From Heterodontus francisci (Eukaryota): a stretch of DNA of 64,000 nt. The DNA is taken from the NCBI RefSeq assembly GCF_036365525.1, contig NC_090397.1, positions 66,221,781 through 66,285,780 of the forward strand, in the 5' to 3' direction. Below, piece after piece: positions 49,889-63,400 of this stretch (its first letter is position 1; each line of letters begins with the position of its first letter). Position numbers and translations under genes: made by a program. The notes beneath the pieces were generated by a model that did not search any database, had not been told where the DNA came from, and saw only the letters and a list, made by a program, of their open reading frames with translations.

Positions 49889-50495
49889 ATCTATCAAATC
49901 ATCTCTTAACCTACTCTGCTCTAAGGAGAAAAACCCCAGCTTCTCCAATCTCCACTTAACTGAAGTCTCTCATCCCTGATACCATTCTAATAAATATCTT
50001 CTGCACCTTCTCTATAGCCTTGATATACTTCCTAAAGTGTGGTGCCCAGAATTGAGCACAATATCCCAGCTGAGTCCTAACCAGTGTTTTATAAAGGTTT
50101 AGTATAACCTCCTCACTTTTGCACTCTATTCCTCTATTAATAAAGCCAAGGGTTCCATTTGTTTTTTCAATAGCCTGCTCAACTTGTTCTGTCAACCTTG
50201 AAAGATCTGTGTACATAGAACTGTACCATACAATTCATATTGCCTCTCCTCATTCTTCAATCCAAATGTATCACTTCACTCTTCTCAGTTAAATTTTATC
50301 CCCCATTTGTCTGTCATTTTATCAGTCTCTCTATGTCCTCCTGAAACCTGTTCCTATCCTCCTCATTGCTTACTACCCTTCCAAGTTTTGTGTTATCTGC
50401 AAACTTTGAAATTGTACCCTGTATACATACCAAGTAAAGGTCATTAATATATATCAAAAAGAGCAGTGACCCTAATGCCAACCCCTTGGTCTGAA
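49889..50495 (-). mobile_element. CR1 LINE ORF2 fragment
   Basis: LNLYKTLVRTQLGYCAQFWAPH and SKFADNTKLG (RT F/YADD region). Confidence 0.9.
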
Positions 50496-50498
50496 CAG

Positions 50499-51466
50499 TG
50501 TTACGATTGAGACAGGAGGAGTGCACTTTTTATTCTAGTTCCACTTCTCCACAGGTCACAACATATATTTAAAATTTCCCACTTACCAATACAGTCAATC
50601 ATATACTCTATTTTTCCCAGAATAAGACACACTAACCAGGTTCCTTTAATGAACAACAACATTATCAGTTTATTATAAAACAAGTCTTAACAAGTTATGC
50701 ATAAACACACAGATTGAAATTTTAAAGTTCCCTTTTTACCTTAGCCCCTCACACTGGCACACACGCATACATACACTGGTTAACCAGAAAAAATAAAAAG
50801 TATTTTTTGTTTAGAATTCTGTTACAGACAAAATAACACTTGGGTTGAATACTTGCTCATTCTTGAAGAAAAAACAGATAAGATACATTGTGTTCCAAAA
50901 CTGTCATACAGTCTAGCCTCTGTGTACACGTAGACAGGTCACTGGGATCTTTTAGAACAGTTCTTTTCATGCAGCATTGAGAATTAATTTATTAGGCTTT
51001 TCTTCAAAGACAGAAGACAAGATGAGTTAACACAATGGACTTCTCAGGGTCTTTTAGAAAGGTGCTGGAAAGCTGAGCTGGGTTACTGTCTTCTCTCCTT
51101 CCTTGGGAATTTTCTCTTCTGCAGGCTCTTTAAAGAGATGGAACAGACTGGGCTGAACTGGGGGTTCTGTCTTTCAGTTTTACTTTTTAAACTCCAACCC
51201 CTTTTAAACAGTTCATTCCCAGTTCCAAACAATTCAAAAGTGCAACCTGAAACAGAAAGTCTACCTTCTGACCTGTCACTTCTCTGCACACATCTTCCCT
51301 ATTTACCGGGGTTTCTGTTCTATTTTTAACTTGAGTCATGTGACAACCAGTAAGTATTGTTGCCAAACAAGTTCTTTCAGGGTCCTCTTGATAACCATCT
51401 TGAAAAGAAAACTGGTCCAACATTTCTTCAGTTTGACTGTGAATTCCTTAAAAAATATTTGTAACA
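50499..51466 (-). mobile_element. Solo LTR-like element
   Basis: tgttac...gtaaca ends; similar to the 11152 element; no clean TSD. Confidence 0.65.
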
Positions 51467-51783
51467 AAAAACAGAAGCACTTACATAGCAAAAACAACTG
51501 TTCACCACTACTCTCTGCCTTCTGCCCCTTAGCCAATTTTGGATCCACATTGCTACTGTCTCTTTAATCACATAGGCTTTAATTTTACTAACAAGTCTAT
51601 TTTGTGGTACTTGATTAAAAACCTTTTAAAAATCAATATGCACTACATCAAATGCACTACCCTCATCAAGCTTCTCCATTATTTCATTGATGCTTTGAAA
51701 AAAATTGCTGTAACATTGATTTTTCCTTTTTTCGTGCTAATTAAAACAAATATGTTAGCATTGTAAAATAAAATATTCTACTG

Positions 51784-52163
51784 AAGCACAGTGGCAGCAG
51801 TGTGTACCATCTACAAGATGCACTGCAGCAACACACCAAGGCTCCTTTGACAGCACCTTCCAAACCCGCGACCTCTACCACCTAGAAGGACAAGGGCAGC
51901 AAATGCATGGGAACACCACCACCTGTAAGTTCCCCTCCAAGCCACACACCATCCTGACTTGGAACGATATTACTGTTCCTTCACTGTTGCTGGGTCAAAA
52001 TCCTGAAATTCCCTTCCTAACAGCACTGTGGGTGTATCTACCTCACATGGACTGCAGCGGTTCAAGAAGGCAGCTCACCACCATCTTCTCAAGGGCAATT
52101 AGGGATGGGCAATAAATGCTGGGCTAGCCAGCGACACCCACATCCCATGAATGAATAAAAAAA
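51784..52163 (+). mobile_element. LINE 3' fragment (second family)
   Basis: Close match to 45727-46100; ends atgaatgaataaaaaaaa. Confidence 0.88.
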
Positions 52164-53244
52164 ATTCAGGACTGTTGTGATAGCGTTAAACAATATTACT
52201 CCGCCCCAACACAAGAAGAGTCCCTGTTGTGTTAACGTGACATTTCCATTTTACTAACCTACCATCCCTGAGTGAGATTGCCAACTCAGCACTAGTTTGC
52301 ATGTGAATGTGGTGCATAAGAACATTTTTATTACTGCCCAGACTCATCCCAGCAAGCAGGAAGGATTGATCATCCTATCAAAACAGGTTGGGTTTAAACC
52401 AAGGGCTCAAGATGAAAGGACATGTTGGGCAACTGGGTGGCATCGTGGACTCATGTTGCTGAAAGGGAAGGTTGGTCCTTCTGGAAAACACTCTTGGTTA
52501 TCGCTTAAACTGTCAATCAGAAAGAAATGCTAAGATAATGAAGAAATCTGTCGATGTGCCCATTCCTGCTTTGATTTTAAGACTTGGTTGTTTTAATTAA
52601 CATAATCGGCTGGAATTTTCATGGGTTTTTTTCTGATCTCCTGCTATAAATTTGATGGAAAATCAGTAGAAACTCCAGAAAAATGGCAAAAAAATGGCTG
52701 CTTATTGCACTTCTCTGGGATTTCTGCAGAATCTCCATTGAGGTTGACCCAGGCGATTGGGGAAGAGCTTGGAACTTCCAGCTGTACCAGCATGAATTTG
52801 CAGGCTTAAGTGGGAAATAAATCAGTAAAAACACTTGAATTGTTCTTACAGATTTCCTAAGAGCATCTTTTATTAACTACTAGCAAGACGTTTAAACCAA
52901 AATAAAGCTATGATATCACAAGCTTTACAGAGCACTATCTGTGTTCATACTCGGTTTCTATGCCATTCAGTTGCCCAGTGCATCCAACTAGAAATATTTC
53001 TACTGTAAATTATAAATGGGCACTGACTAAAGCACCATCATGAACTGCAAAACATGTTCAACTTACAAACCAACTGAAATTAGTTACTATCATTACAAAT
53101 TCTGACTCGATTCCTGCAGCAAACAGGATAATGTCTCAAATCTTGGCTATGCATTTTCTAATTTGCAAAATGCATATCACTCCCCTTGCTCTCAACCATG
53201 AGATTATAGGTTGACCCGCTTTCATGCTTCTTGCATCATCAGTT

Positions 53245-53805
53245 AAATTCTTATTTATAATGCTGTGGACTATGTTATCTCTACTCTTGACTATTCCAAA
53301 GCACTCCTGGCCAGCCTTCCATATTCCAACATCTGTATATTTAAGGTCATCTGTTGCCCAAGTCCTAACTCGCACCAAATCCCATTAATTTATCATCCCT
53401 GTCCTTGTTGACCTACAATAGCTCCTTGCCCAGTAATGCCTTGATTTTAAAATTCTTATCCTTGTTTTCAAGTCCCTTCCTGGCCTCGCCCCTCCCTATC
53501 TCTGTAATCTCCTCCAGCCCCACAGCCTCCGAGTTATCTGCACTCCCCCAATTCTGGTCTCTTGCGCATCCCCGATTTTCATTGCTTCACCACTGGCCAT
53601 GCCTTCAGCTGATTGGGCTCTAAGCTCTGGAATTCTTTCCTCTCTCTACCTCGTTTCCCTCCTTTAAGACTCTCCTTAAAACTACTTCTTGGACCAAGCT
53701 TTTCGTCACCTCTACTTACATCTCCTTATGTGGCTTCCTTTGTTTTAAAACAGCTTTGTGATGTGCCTTTGGATGTTGCTTTTTACATGAAATACAAGTT
53801 GCTGT
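53245..53805 (+). mobile_element. L2 LINE 3' fragment
   Basis: cttgactattccaaagcactcctggccagcc...tttaaaattcttatccttgttttcaagtccc. Confidence 0.8.
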
Positions 53806-54933
53806 TGTATGGAACAATTTATACAATTTAAGATATAGGATTTTTAAAAAATTGTGACACCTTAAAAGGATATGATATTGTAGTTTTATTTTTTGTTTGG
53901 AAATGCTGAAGGAAGTTAATAAAAAATGCACTTAGACAAACTACACGAACAATTCAAGTGTTCACCGACTTATTCCACCCCCGCCCTCCCCCACTTAAGC
54001 CTGAAAACTTCTGCTGTTAATCTGAACAAGTAAGGCTGTAAATCACATCATCTGCGGAATGAAAGAGTGCATTGACAGATTTCTTCTATTGTTTCAGCAT
54101 TTGTTTCGGCGGAAAATTGAAGTGAAATACTAAGAGTATTTTGCAATGCTGACCCCTATCAGCTTTCAACAATACATCTGTTTCTGAGGTTCCACCATGA
54201 TTTGTACAGAACTGGAACCTGGAACTAGAAGGGAGCATTCAATTGAATTCAAAACCTTTCTGAGTCTGTGTAGTTTATGTCTTTTTTTTAAACAGTTGAC
54301 CCTCACCTCATTACCCTAAAAAAATCTACCATATGTACTATGGGATAAAGAAGCTTTTTCTTTACATATAAAAAAACTTATGTGCTCATCAAAGTGCCTG
54401 ATAGTAGAAACGGAAGTGCAATCAGTGGATGTTGTTACCTATCAAAATTCCCCTTAGTCCCACCTCTAGACACCCCCAGTGCACTGTGCAAGAGACAGAG
54501 TACAACATCGCTCAACAGTGGAACTGAGGCCCACAAGTATGTTACAGGCTGGTTTCATGGCCCAGAGCAAACCAGATTGTACGCTTGTGATATTGGCCGT
54601 CTTAGCAATGCCTACTTTTCACCAACATCTTCAGCCGGATTTGCCCTTCCCTTTGCCCCAAGCGGTTGTTCACCACCACATTTCCTGACATCCCACCTAA
54701 TGGAAGGACTAGCTTCATTTTGAAAAAGAGCTTGAAAAAAGAAAGCAATATAAAGTGATGAAACTTTGGCGTTAGGCCAATTATTCAACCAAACTCAAGG
54801 GGTTTTTAGTCTTCATCGAACATGTTCTCTACCTAACCTCAATGCCAAAAGTAGAAAATAGTTCCATTCTTCAGCACTCACTCTCCCTGAGTTCTAACAT
54901 CTCAAAATATCTCAAGTTACACAACAGTGTCAG

Positions 54934-55363
54934 AAAGAATGACTTGCATTTGTATAGTGCCTTTCACAAACTTAGGATGTCCCAAAGTGCTTTACAGACA
55001 ATGAAGTACTTTTGAAGTGTAGTCACTGTTGTAATGTAGGAAACATGGCAACCAATTTGAGCAGAGCAAGTTCCCACAAAAGGAAATGTGATAATGCCAA
55101 GTAATCTGCTTTTTGTGATGTTGCCTGAGGGATAAATATTGACCAGGACACTAGGGATAACACCCCTGTTCTTCAAAACAGCTCCCTTTTACATCCACCT
55201 GACAGAGTGTGAGTTCATTGTCTCACCTCAGCAACCACACTACTGACAGTGCAGCACACCCCTGCAATGTCAGCCTGGACTTTTCTACTCAAGTCTCTGC
55301 ATTTGAACACACAACCTGCTGATTCAGTGACGTGAATGCCATCCACTAAGCCACAGCTGACAC
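54934..55363 (-). mobile_element. DeuSINE (SacSINE1-like)
   Basis: gacttgcatttgtatagtgcctttcac...gtcccaaagtgctttacag tail; head ends actaagccacagctgac. Confidence 0.7.
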
Positions 55364-55536
55364 ACGAGAGGCTTATTAAAGAAGTCTAAAATTCATGTGC
55401 TTTTGAGAAGTTATTTGTTGCTTCTGTTGGATATATATTAGTAGTCAGCTTCTGTTACTGCTAAAATTTATATGTTTTCGATGGCCAAAAATATAATAAA
55501 CAATTGAAAGGAGCTCAATGCCATCACGCAAACATG

Positions 55537-56150
55537 GGCTGGAATTTTACAGCCCCCCAACGAACGGGCTGGTGGCGGGGGCGGAGGGTGTAAAATTGAG
55601 TGGGAGGTGGGGGTGGGGCTGTTCCCAACACCTTCCCACCCCCGTTGCAACTTTACATGGGGCAGTGGCAGTGAGAAACAACCTGCCCGCCCCAGGCCAA
55701 TCAAGGCCCTTAAGTGGCCAATTAACTGCCACTTAAGGGCCTCCACCCGCCACCGTGGGTAAGATACCCTGTGCCCCACGGATAGCCACCCCTGAAGCCC
55801 CAACCACCCCTACCGCTCAACATACCTCCCCCCCCAACCGCCCCCCGCTTGCCTCACTGGGGCCTGGCCGATTGTCCCCGGCAAGGCCCCAAAAACATAC
55901 CATGGTTCTGGGGCCGTCCTTCCCAATCTTCCGATGGATGGGTGTAGTCCAGCAGTGGCCACCGCTCCCAGTGTCACTACTGGGACTAAGAACTGCCGGC
56001 CCGTTGATTGGCTAGCAGTTCCATTAGGTGGGACTTCCTGCCTCAAGGAGGTGGCAGTCCTGCCCAAGGCCAATTAAGGGCCTGGGGAGTGAAACATCTC
56101 AGCGTGCCTCCGCGACTTTTCGGCCTCCCGCCCAATGTAAAAGTCTGGCC
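55537..56150. mobile_element. GC-rich Harbinger-like MITE, inverted sister of 5862
   Basis: TIRs ggctggaattttac / gtaaaagtctggcc; TSD atg. Confidence 0.8.
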
Positions 56151-56509
56151 ATGGACACTAATAGTCATTTTGCTCTCTAAAATGTTTGCATTACATATCA
56201 ATGCAACTGTCTGGAATATTGAAAGTACTTGTGGGGATTCAGTTCATTCAGTTGCTGTCAGGGAAACTAGCAGAATGAGATCAGAGAAAAGGTGACCTAA
56301 TGTAAAGCAGAAATAAAGCAAGCCATTGCTGCAATGTCATCGCGTGAGAAGACTTTCTTCATTCCAAAGAATGTGTGTTCATGATACTCAACAACTCTGT
56401 TACTGTATTCAAAAAAAAGATCAGTAAGTAAAAATAGATGTCCAATTCACGAGAACAGAAACACCAGAGAACAAAAAATATGCATGAACTCCTTAATAGA
56501 TTAGTTTAC

Positions 56510-57492
56510 TTTTATTTGTTCGTGGGATTTTGGCGTCGCAGGCTAGGCCAGCATTTATTGCTCATCCCTAATTGCCCTTGAGAAGGTGGTGGTGAGCTGC
56601 CTTCTTGAACCGTTGCAGTCCTTAGGGTGTAGGTACACCCACAGTGCTGTTACAAAGGGAGTTCCAGGATTTTGACCCAGCGGTAGTGAAGGAAGGCGAT
56701 ATAGTTCCAAGTCAGGATGGTGTGTGGCTTGGAGGGGAACTTGCAGGTGGTGGTGTTCCCATGCATTTGCTGCCCTTGCCCTTTTAGTTGGCAGAGGTCG
56801 CAGGTTTGGAAGCCGCTGTCGAAGGAGCCTTGGTGTGTTGCTGCAGTGCATCTTGTAGATGGTGCACACTGTGCATTGGTGGTGAAGGGAGTGAATGTTG
56901 AAGGTGGTGGTTGGGGTCCCAATCAAGTGGGCTGTTTTGTCCTGGATAGTGTTGAGCTTCTAGAGTGTTGTTGGAGCTGCACCCATCCAGGCAAGTGGAG
57001 AGTATTCCATCACACTCCTGACTTGTGCCTTGTAGATGGTGGACAGGCTTTGTGGAGACAAGAGGTGAGTTACTTGCCACAGAATTCTGAGCCTCTGACC
57101 TGCTCTTGTAGCCACAGCATTTATGTGGCTGCTCCAGTTCAGTTTCTGGTCAATAGTAACCCCCAGCATGTTGACAGTGGGGGATTCAGTGATGACAATG
57201 CCATTCAATATCAAGGGGAGATGGTTAGATTCTCTCTTATTTGAGATGGTTATTGCCTGGCATTTGTGTGGCATGAATGTTACTTGTCACTTATCAGCCC
57301 AAGCCTGGATGTTGTCTAGGATTTGCTGCATCTGGACATGGACTGCATCAGTATCAGAGGAGTCGTGAATGGTGCTGAATATTGTGCAATTATCAGTGAA
57401 CATTCCCACTTCTGTCCTTATGCTGGACTGAACGTCATTGATGAAGCAGCTGAAGATGGTTGGGCCTAGGACATTGCCATGAGAAACACCTG
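56510..57492 (-). mobile_element. LINE 3' part with RT domain end (second family)
   Basis: GVSHGNVLGPTIFSCFIND...MFTDNCT...IQAWADK; [16 protein letters not shown]. Confidence 0.92.
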
Positions 57493-57813
57493 CTACTTTA
57501 GTGCACTCCATGCCCCCGTTTTATTGGGAGATGTGCAAAAGTTACATAATAACAAGAACTTGCATTAATAAAATGCCTTTAGTGTAGAAAAACAACCCAA
57601 GGAAGTCCACATAGTAAGGAAGCAATTGATATCATGCCCTTATGGGAGAGTTTGGAGAAGGCTTTGTTGAAGAGATGAGTTTTGAGAACGCTTTTAAATG
57701 GTGGGGCTGGTTGGAAATTTTTGGAAGGGAGTCATGGTGATAGTACTATGGAATGGAGAGGGGGAGGATGCCAGTGTCGAATTATTGGAGGACATGAAAG
57801 AGAATTCAAGACT

Positions 57814-59468
57814 TTGGTCTCTTCTACATTGCGAAGACCAAACGCAGATTGGGTGACCGATTTGCGGAGCACCTCCACTAAGTCCAGAAGCATGACCCCG
57901 AGCTTCCGGTTGCTTGCCATTTCAACAAACACCCCTGCTCTCATGCCCACATGTTTGTCCTTGACCTGCTGCAGTGTTCCAGTGAACATCAACGCGAGCT
58001 CAAGGAACAGCACTTCATTTTCCGATTAGGCACTCTACAGCCTTCCGGACTGAACATTGAGTTCAATAATTTCAGAGCATGACTGGCCCCTTTTTTATTA
58101 TTATTTTATTTTGTTTTAACATTTTTTTACCATGTGCCTGCCTTAAATTGGGTTTTTCGCGTTTGTGCTTTTGGCTAGGGTTGTTCATTATTCTGTCATT
58201 ACCACTCTCTCTGCACTAATGCTTTGTCTTTCACCACACCATTAGTACACTCTCTTTGCCTTTGCCCATGACCTCCTTGTCAGTTCATCTCTCCAGCCCT
58301 CTGGCCTATCACACATCTTTCCTTTTGTCCTCTTTCCCTCCCAAGCCCGCTTCACTTGCTTAAAACTTATGTCATGCTAGACCCCAACCTGCCAAGAATG
58401 AGGCACATTAATTTTGCCATATGGACATTAAATTTCAAACTGTTGCTGAAGTGAAGAAAGGACTTGCTTAGAAAATCACCAGGCCCTTGGCTGGAAAAAC
58501 ATTTTTGCATACTAACAGCCAGTGCTTGGAAGGACAAAGGGGCTATTCTCTGCTCCAATTCAACCCACAATTGACTTTGAGCACCAGGTATTGTGTGTAA
58601 GAAGAGACATTCCAGGCTTGGCTAAGACCAGAGAATCCACAAACAGACGTAGTCAGACCAGCTAGTCACATGACTAACCTGCTTGGCAACCTGGGTTTTT
58701 CTGAATTGTACAAACAGTTTGAACTCAAAGTGTCTGTTTGCTCCTGGACTGAAAAGACCTCTCCTGGCTGGCTCGCCATAGCCTCTCCTGACTGCTCCCA
58801 TATCTTGATCACGGAACTCCAAATCCACTGAAGACGCATGAACCTCAAGAGAGAAAGGTCTCCTACAGCGAACAAGGTTTAAGAAGAATATTGGGCCCCA
58901 ACGAAAAGCAAGATCTACCTACAATCAAGGACTCTACAGTGAGCTCAAAGATCCGTAACAAAAGCCCTCTTCAGAGATTGCCTCAAACTTTTCCTCTTTA
59001 TTTCTTCTGCTCTGTTCTGTCTCTATCTGCATGTGTATACTGCGTATGCATGCTAGCATGGATGCGCCATGTATCCGTAGGCATTAACTGAATTAGAGTT
59101 TAAGTTTAATAAATTTCAACCTTTCTTCTTTAAACCTAAGAAAACCTGTTTGTGGTGGTTTCTTTGGCTTATAATTGGAAAGTGGTGAGCAAGGGTTCAC
59201 CAAAGGGGAACTAAAAACATGGTGTGTTTAAAATAAAACCCGTTTATGGTAAGAGCAGGTGAAGGCTGAGAGGAAACCCTAGACCTCTTTCTCACTGGGT
59301 CGTAACACTTAATACACTTCTAACCTTTGCCAATTTTGATAAAAGGTCATGGACCTGAAACGCTAGCTCTGCTTCTCTCTCCACTGGTGCTGCCAGACCT
59401 GTTGAGTATTTCCAGCACTTTCTGTTTATATTTCAGATTTCCAGCATCTGCAATATTTTGCTTTTAAT
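57814..59468 (+). mobile_element. Penelope-like element 3' end (GIY-YIG endonuclease remnant plus terminal repeat), split by a solo LTR
   Basis: From 57816: GLFYIAKTKRRLGDRFAEHL*; later QRELKEQHFIFRLGTLQPSGLNIEF; resumes at 59312 with a decayed hammerhead and terminal repeat. Confidence 0.85.
58370..59307 (+). mobile_element. Solo LTR (938 bp)
   Basis: TG...CA ends (tgtcatg/cgtaaca), perfect 4-bp TSD ctta (58366-58369, 59308-59311), AATAAA motifs near the 3' end. Confidence 0.85.
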
Positions 59469-60870
59469 TTAAGACTGTAGATGTGGGATGATACAATCTC
59501 CCCCAATCCTATATTAACCTATGAATACCCTGTGGTGCTACCTTGAACTGGCATTTTGTGCACCCCTAACCTTCCACCCCACGATCGGTGGCAACCTGCT
59601 TGAAACCCCTCTGCCTCGCCACCTCTGTCTTTTCCTTCAATAATTTTCTGGAAAGTCAGGTCTTCCTCTCAAGCTATCTCCTCCTGTCTCTGTACAGATT
59701 TTTCTCTCTGTAGAGCACCAAGAAACACGTTTTATGTTAAAGGTAAGTTGTTGAGCTGCTTAGGCATGGCAATGCATACAAGGTGCGTGTTCTCAATGCA
59801 ATGTTAATATCTGGCTGGTTTCTCACACAACCCGAGTTCCTTGGCCCAACTGCCTCAACAAAGTGTAAGAGTGTGGCAGATAATTGCTACAAAATAGTTT
59901 TGAAAAATCAGCCTCCTAAATTGTGGAATTTTTCTGATAAAATGTACTTAATATACTTTTGCGTCCTGCAAAAAAAGTTCTATATTTGATATTTGAGAGG
60001 CCTAAAGTTCAGGTTAAGTTGCTCAAACAAAACAGATAATGTTTACCTTTCAGAATAAAATATACTGAGGGATGAATAGGCAATAAAATATTGACTTCCC
60101 CAAATGTTGTTCCTCTCCATGATAAGATCGTTAAAGAAAATGTTCTGCCACAATCAGGCACCAATTTCTACATGGCTGGGGGAAGGAGACAAGAGTTTCA
60201 GAGATTCAATGGAAATGCTGTTCTCAGGAGTCAAGGGTTGCTGAGTAGAATTCGGACCTCAAGTTATTTGCATGTGCTTAGCAATCAGTGTACAATGATT
60301 GTATTGTCATGAGTTATCTGGCAGAAAAATTGAAAATTATATGCACATAATCTAAATGAAAAAAGGATTTGTCTTTATGCATTTCCTTCCTTCCATAATG
60401 TTGAAAGTGCAAACCTTGAAGTTCATGCTTTCAGTATGTGTTTCTTCTAATATCTTATTTAACATATTAGAGGGTCAATAAAATTAGTCTACATCGTCTC
60501 CAAGCTTCTGATTGACTATTTGTGCAGGATTAAGTTACATTTCGGTATAATACACAATTGCACAGAAAAAACTAAGACCAGGTCCAAGTTTTGTCTTTTC
60601 CTGAATAATGAAGCATAATGAAGATCTTAAGGCCCTTCATTTAAGTTTACTAACTGGGTTTTGCTGACAGATATTCAGGAGTGTTTACCCATCTACAGAG
60701 AGGATTCATCGGATGCACGTGAAATCCTCTTCCAACTGCGTTCAGTTTGTCTGTTCTGCTCTGGACCAATTTTTGAAATGAGAAGAGATAAGACTCAAGG
60801 AGGAAGATATTCAGGATATTACCAGTTTCCCTCAATACATTAAATTATGCTTTTGCTTAGGCTTTTCCGT

Positions 60871-62118
60871 CAGCTGTGCCTCAGTTAGTTGCACTTTTGT
60901 CTCTGCATCAGAAGATTATGGTTCAATTCCCACTCCATTGATTCTGCCTATAATCAACTATCAACACTGATACTGAGGGAGTGGTGGAGGCTTTGCCCCC
61001 AATGCCCCCTCTGCCCTCTCAGGTGGATGAAATTGTATAAGATCCCATGGCACTATTTCAAAGAAGAGCAGGGGAGTTCTACCTGGTGTCCTGACCAATA
61101 TAATCCCTGAAGCAACACCTCAAATCAAATTATCTGGTCATTATCACATTACTGTTTATGGAATCTAGGGGCTGAATGTTATGAGTGAGCCACACTTGGA
61201 GGCGGCGCACTCTTAAGAACGGCATGCATCCCGTGTGGATGTGCCGTCCCTGAGCCCCCGCGATATTACGTTCGGAGGCTCGTGTAAATAGACAGGGCGG
61301 AGCGGCTACCCCCAATGACGTAGAGGGAGCGGCCTCCGCATCCCTGGCAACAGCATCGGTGCCACCGCGCCGACGCCGGTGCCATTTTTAAAGGGCTTTA
61401 AGCTCGCACAACGAAGTTTAATTGTTAAAGGGTAAAGAGGAATGGTTTTTAGTACATTTAAAAATAAATGATAGAGGCCCTTCCCCAACCCCTGCAATAG
61501 TCATTTCAGGCAATGAAATGACCATCAGTTGATTGATCACATGCATGACCTTTCCCCCACAACCTTCAATCTTCAGCCATTCAACCCCTTCCCACCATCC
61601 CCACATCCAACAAACATTAATTTCCCCGCTTCTCCACCCCTCCCACCCTGAAAATGTTATTACTCTCCCCTGTCCTCCAGGTTCTCGCCCAGAACTCCAT
61701 ACAGAGTTCCGAAGGCGAACGAAGGCCGAATAGTGGCCTTAATATCGGAGTGGGATGGCCGCCGCCTGCAGGTAGGTTTATTTGCATACTATAATTATTC
61801 ATTCCCATCTGCTGATGAAGGGCCCGCCGCCAGGTGGCGGGGAAGCCGCTCTGAGGTCCCGCCGCCGCGGGTAATATGCAGCGGGCTTTTCTCAGCGTCG
61901 CGGGTCGAGGCAGGCCTCTTACCGCAGAATTTTACCGGCCCCTATGCCACGACCCATGGCATCAAGGGACCAGTAAAATTCAGCCCTAGATGTGTGCAAA
62001 TTGGCTGCTGCGTTTTCTACGTTACAACAGTGACTACACTTTAAAAGTACTTCATCGGCTGTAAAGCACATTGGGACCTGAGGTCATGAAAGGCACTATA
62101 TAAATGCAAGTCCATCTT
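60871..62118 (+). mobile_element. DeuSINE split by a MITE (parts 60871-61168 and 61987-62118)
   Basis: Head with ggttcaattccc B box, gatcccatggcactatttcaaagaagagcagggg core, tail aggcactatataaatgcaagt. Confidence 0.75.
61169..61986. mobile_element. Young CpG-rich Harbinger-like MITE
   Basis: TIRs gggctgaatgtta / taaaattcagccc; TSD tag. Confidence 0.85.
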
Positions 62119-62734
62119 TCCCTCTCTTTTCCTCTCCTCTTCCCTGAAAATACATCCTTACAGTTTGCACCCCTCTGACAAAATAAAGAGCAGCTAGTTT
62201 GGTCTGGAATCCACCAAGCAGAGTATCAGACCTACCTAGCTGCCCTTTGATTTATATATTGGGGATAGAAAGACGATGTTTGTTTACAAGAAGAAAAGTA
62301 AAGCAAGAATTTTATTCCTTTTAACCATTCCTCTGATAATGGCATTTCCTTTATGCATGAAATTAAACCAACTCTTGTTAGCGAAGGATGAAATTAGTGC
62401 TATGGAATTCTTACTTCATGCCAAATTTAAATGACATCTGCAAAATATTCTGTCAGTTGTTTCTTTCAGAAATCAGTGAGGATTTTTTTTCCTTCACTCT
62501 GTTTATATATTATGCAAAAATTTGGCCTCAACATCAATCAAAGGAGCTGAAGATTGTTAAATCTGTACATCAATGGCAGACATATATGGGCAAGTGCATG
62601 TTGCAATAATCTAGATGAAGGGATCCTAAATTAGATAAGGCAACTTTACGACACAGAAATAATAAGCTGTGACTGACTTGATTTTCGATGGCATAATGCC
62701 TTCCTACTGTTGATTATAAAGTATTACAAATTAT

Positions 62735-63225
62735 TTACAATACAAAAACAGGCCTTCAGGCCCACAGGTTATGTCAGTGTTTATACTCCACACAAACCCC
62801 CGCCCACCCCTCTTCATCTAACCCCATCCTTTCCCCCTCATTTGTTTATCCAACTTCCTCTTGAATGTATGCTATTCACCTCAACTACTCCTTGTGGTAC
62901 CGAGTTTCGCATTCTAAATACTCTCTAGTAAAATTCCCTTTTGGATTTATTAGTGACTATTCTACATTTATGGCCTTAATTCTGGTCTCATCCACAAGTG
63001 AATGACCCGATCAAAACATTTCATAATGTTGAAGACCTCTATCAATTTATCCTTCAATTTTCTCTTCACTAGAGAAAAGAGCCCCAGACTGTTCCATCTC
63101 TCCTGATAGTATAACCCTTCAGTTCTGGTATCATTCTAGTAAATCTTTGTGCACCTTCTATATCACTTTTATAATGTGGAGACCAGAACTGTTTACCGTA
63201 TTCCAAGTGTGGTCTAACTAAAGTT
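62735..63225 (-). mobile_element. CR1 LINE 3' fragment
   Basis: aagacctctatcaatttatcc and tggagaccagaactg...ttccaagtgtggtctaac (reverse of VRPHLEY.VQFWSP). Confidence 0.8.
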
Positions 63226-63400
63226 ATTGTAATCATTCATCAGTTACAGTGCAGTACATTACATATCATAAATATGTTGCATTTTTTAAATGTTAGATTG
63301 AGCTCAACTGCGAAAGGAGTTAATCTTTTAGGATACAGAATGTACAGCATTTTGTTGGGGCTGACTAACTGATAGAATTTAAGGGTATACTAAAATTTTA

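Noticed and set aside
54382-54723. 113-aa ORF (and 60661-60843) as exons of a downstream gene such as SFMBT2
   Set aside because: No recognisable homology and no convincing splice-site pair.
61811-61846. CTGATGA...hairpin...GAAG as a second hammerhead
   Set aside because: Has GAAG instead of GAAA, extra unpaired bases before the stem and no helix I/III pairing.
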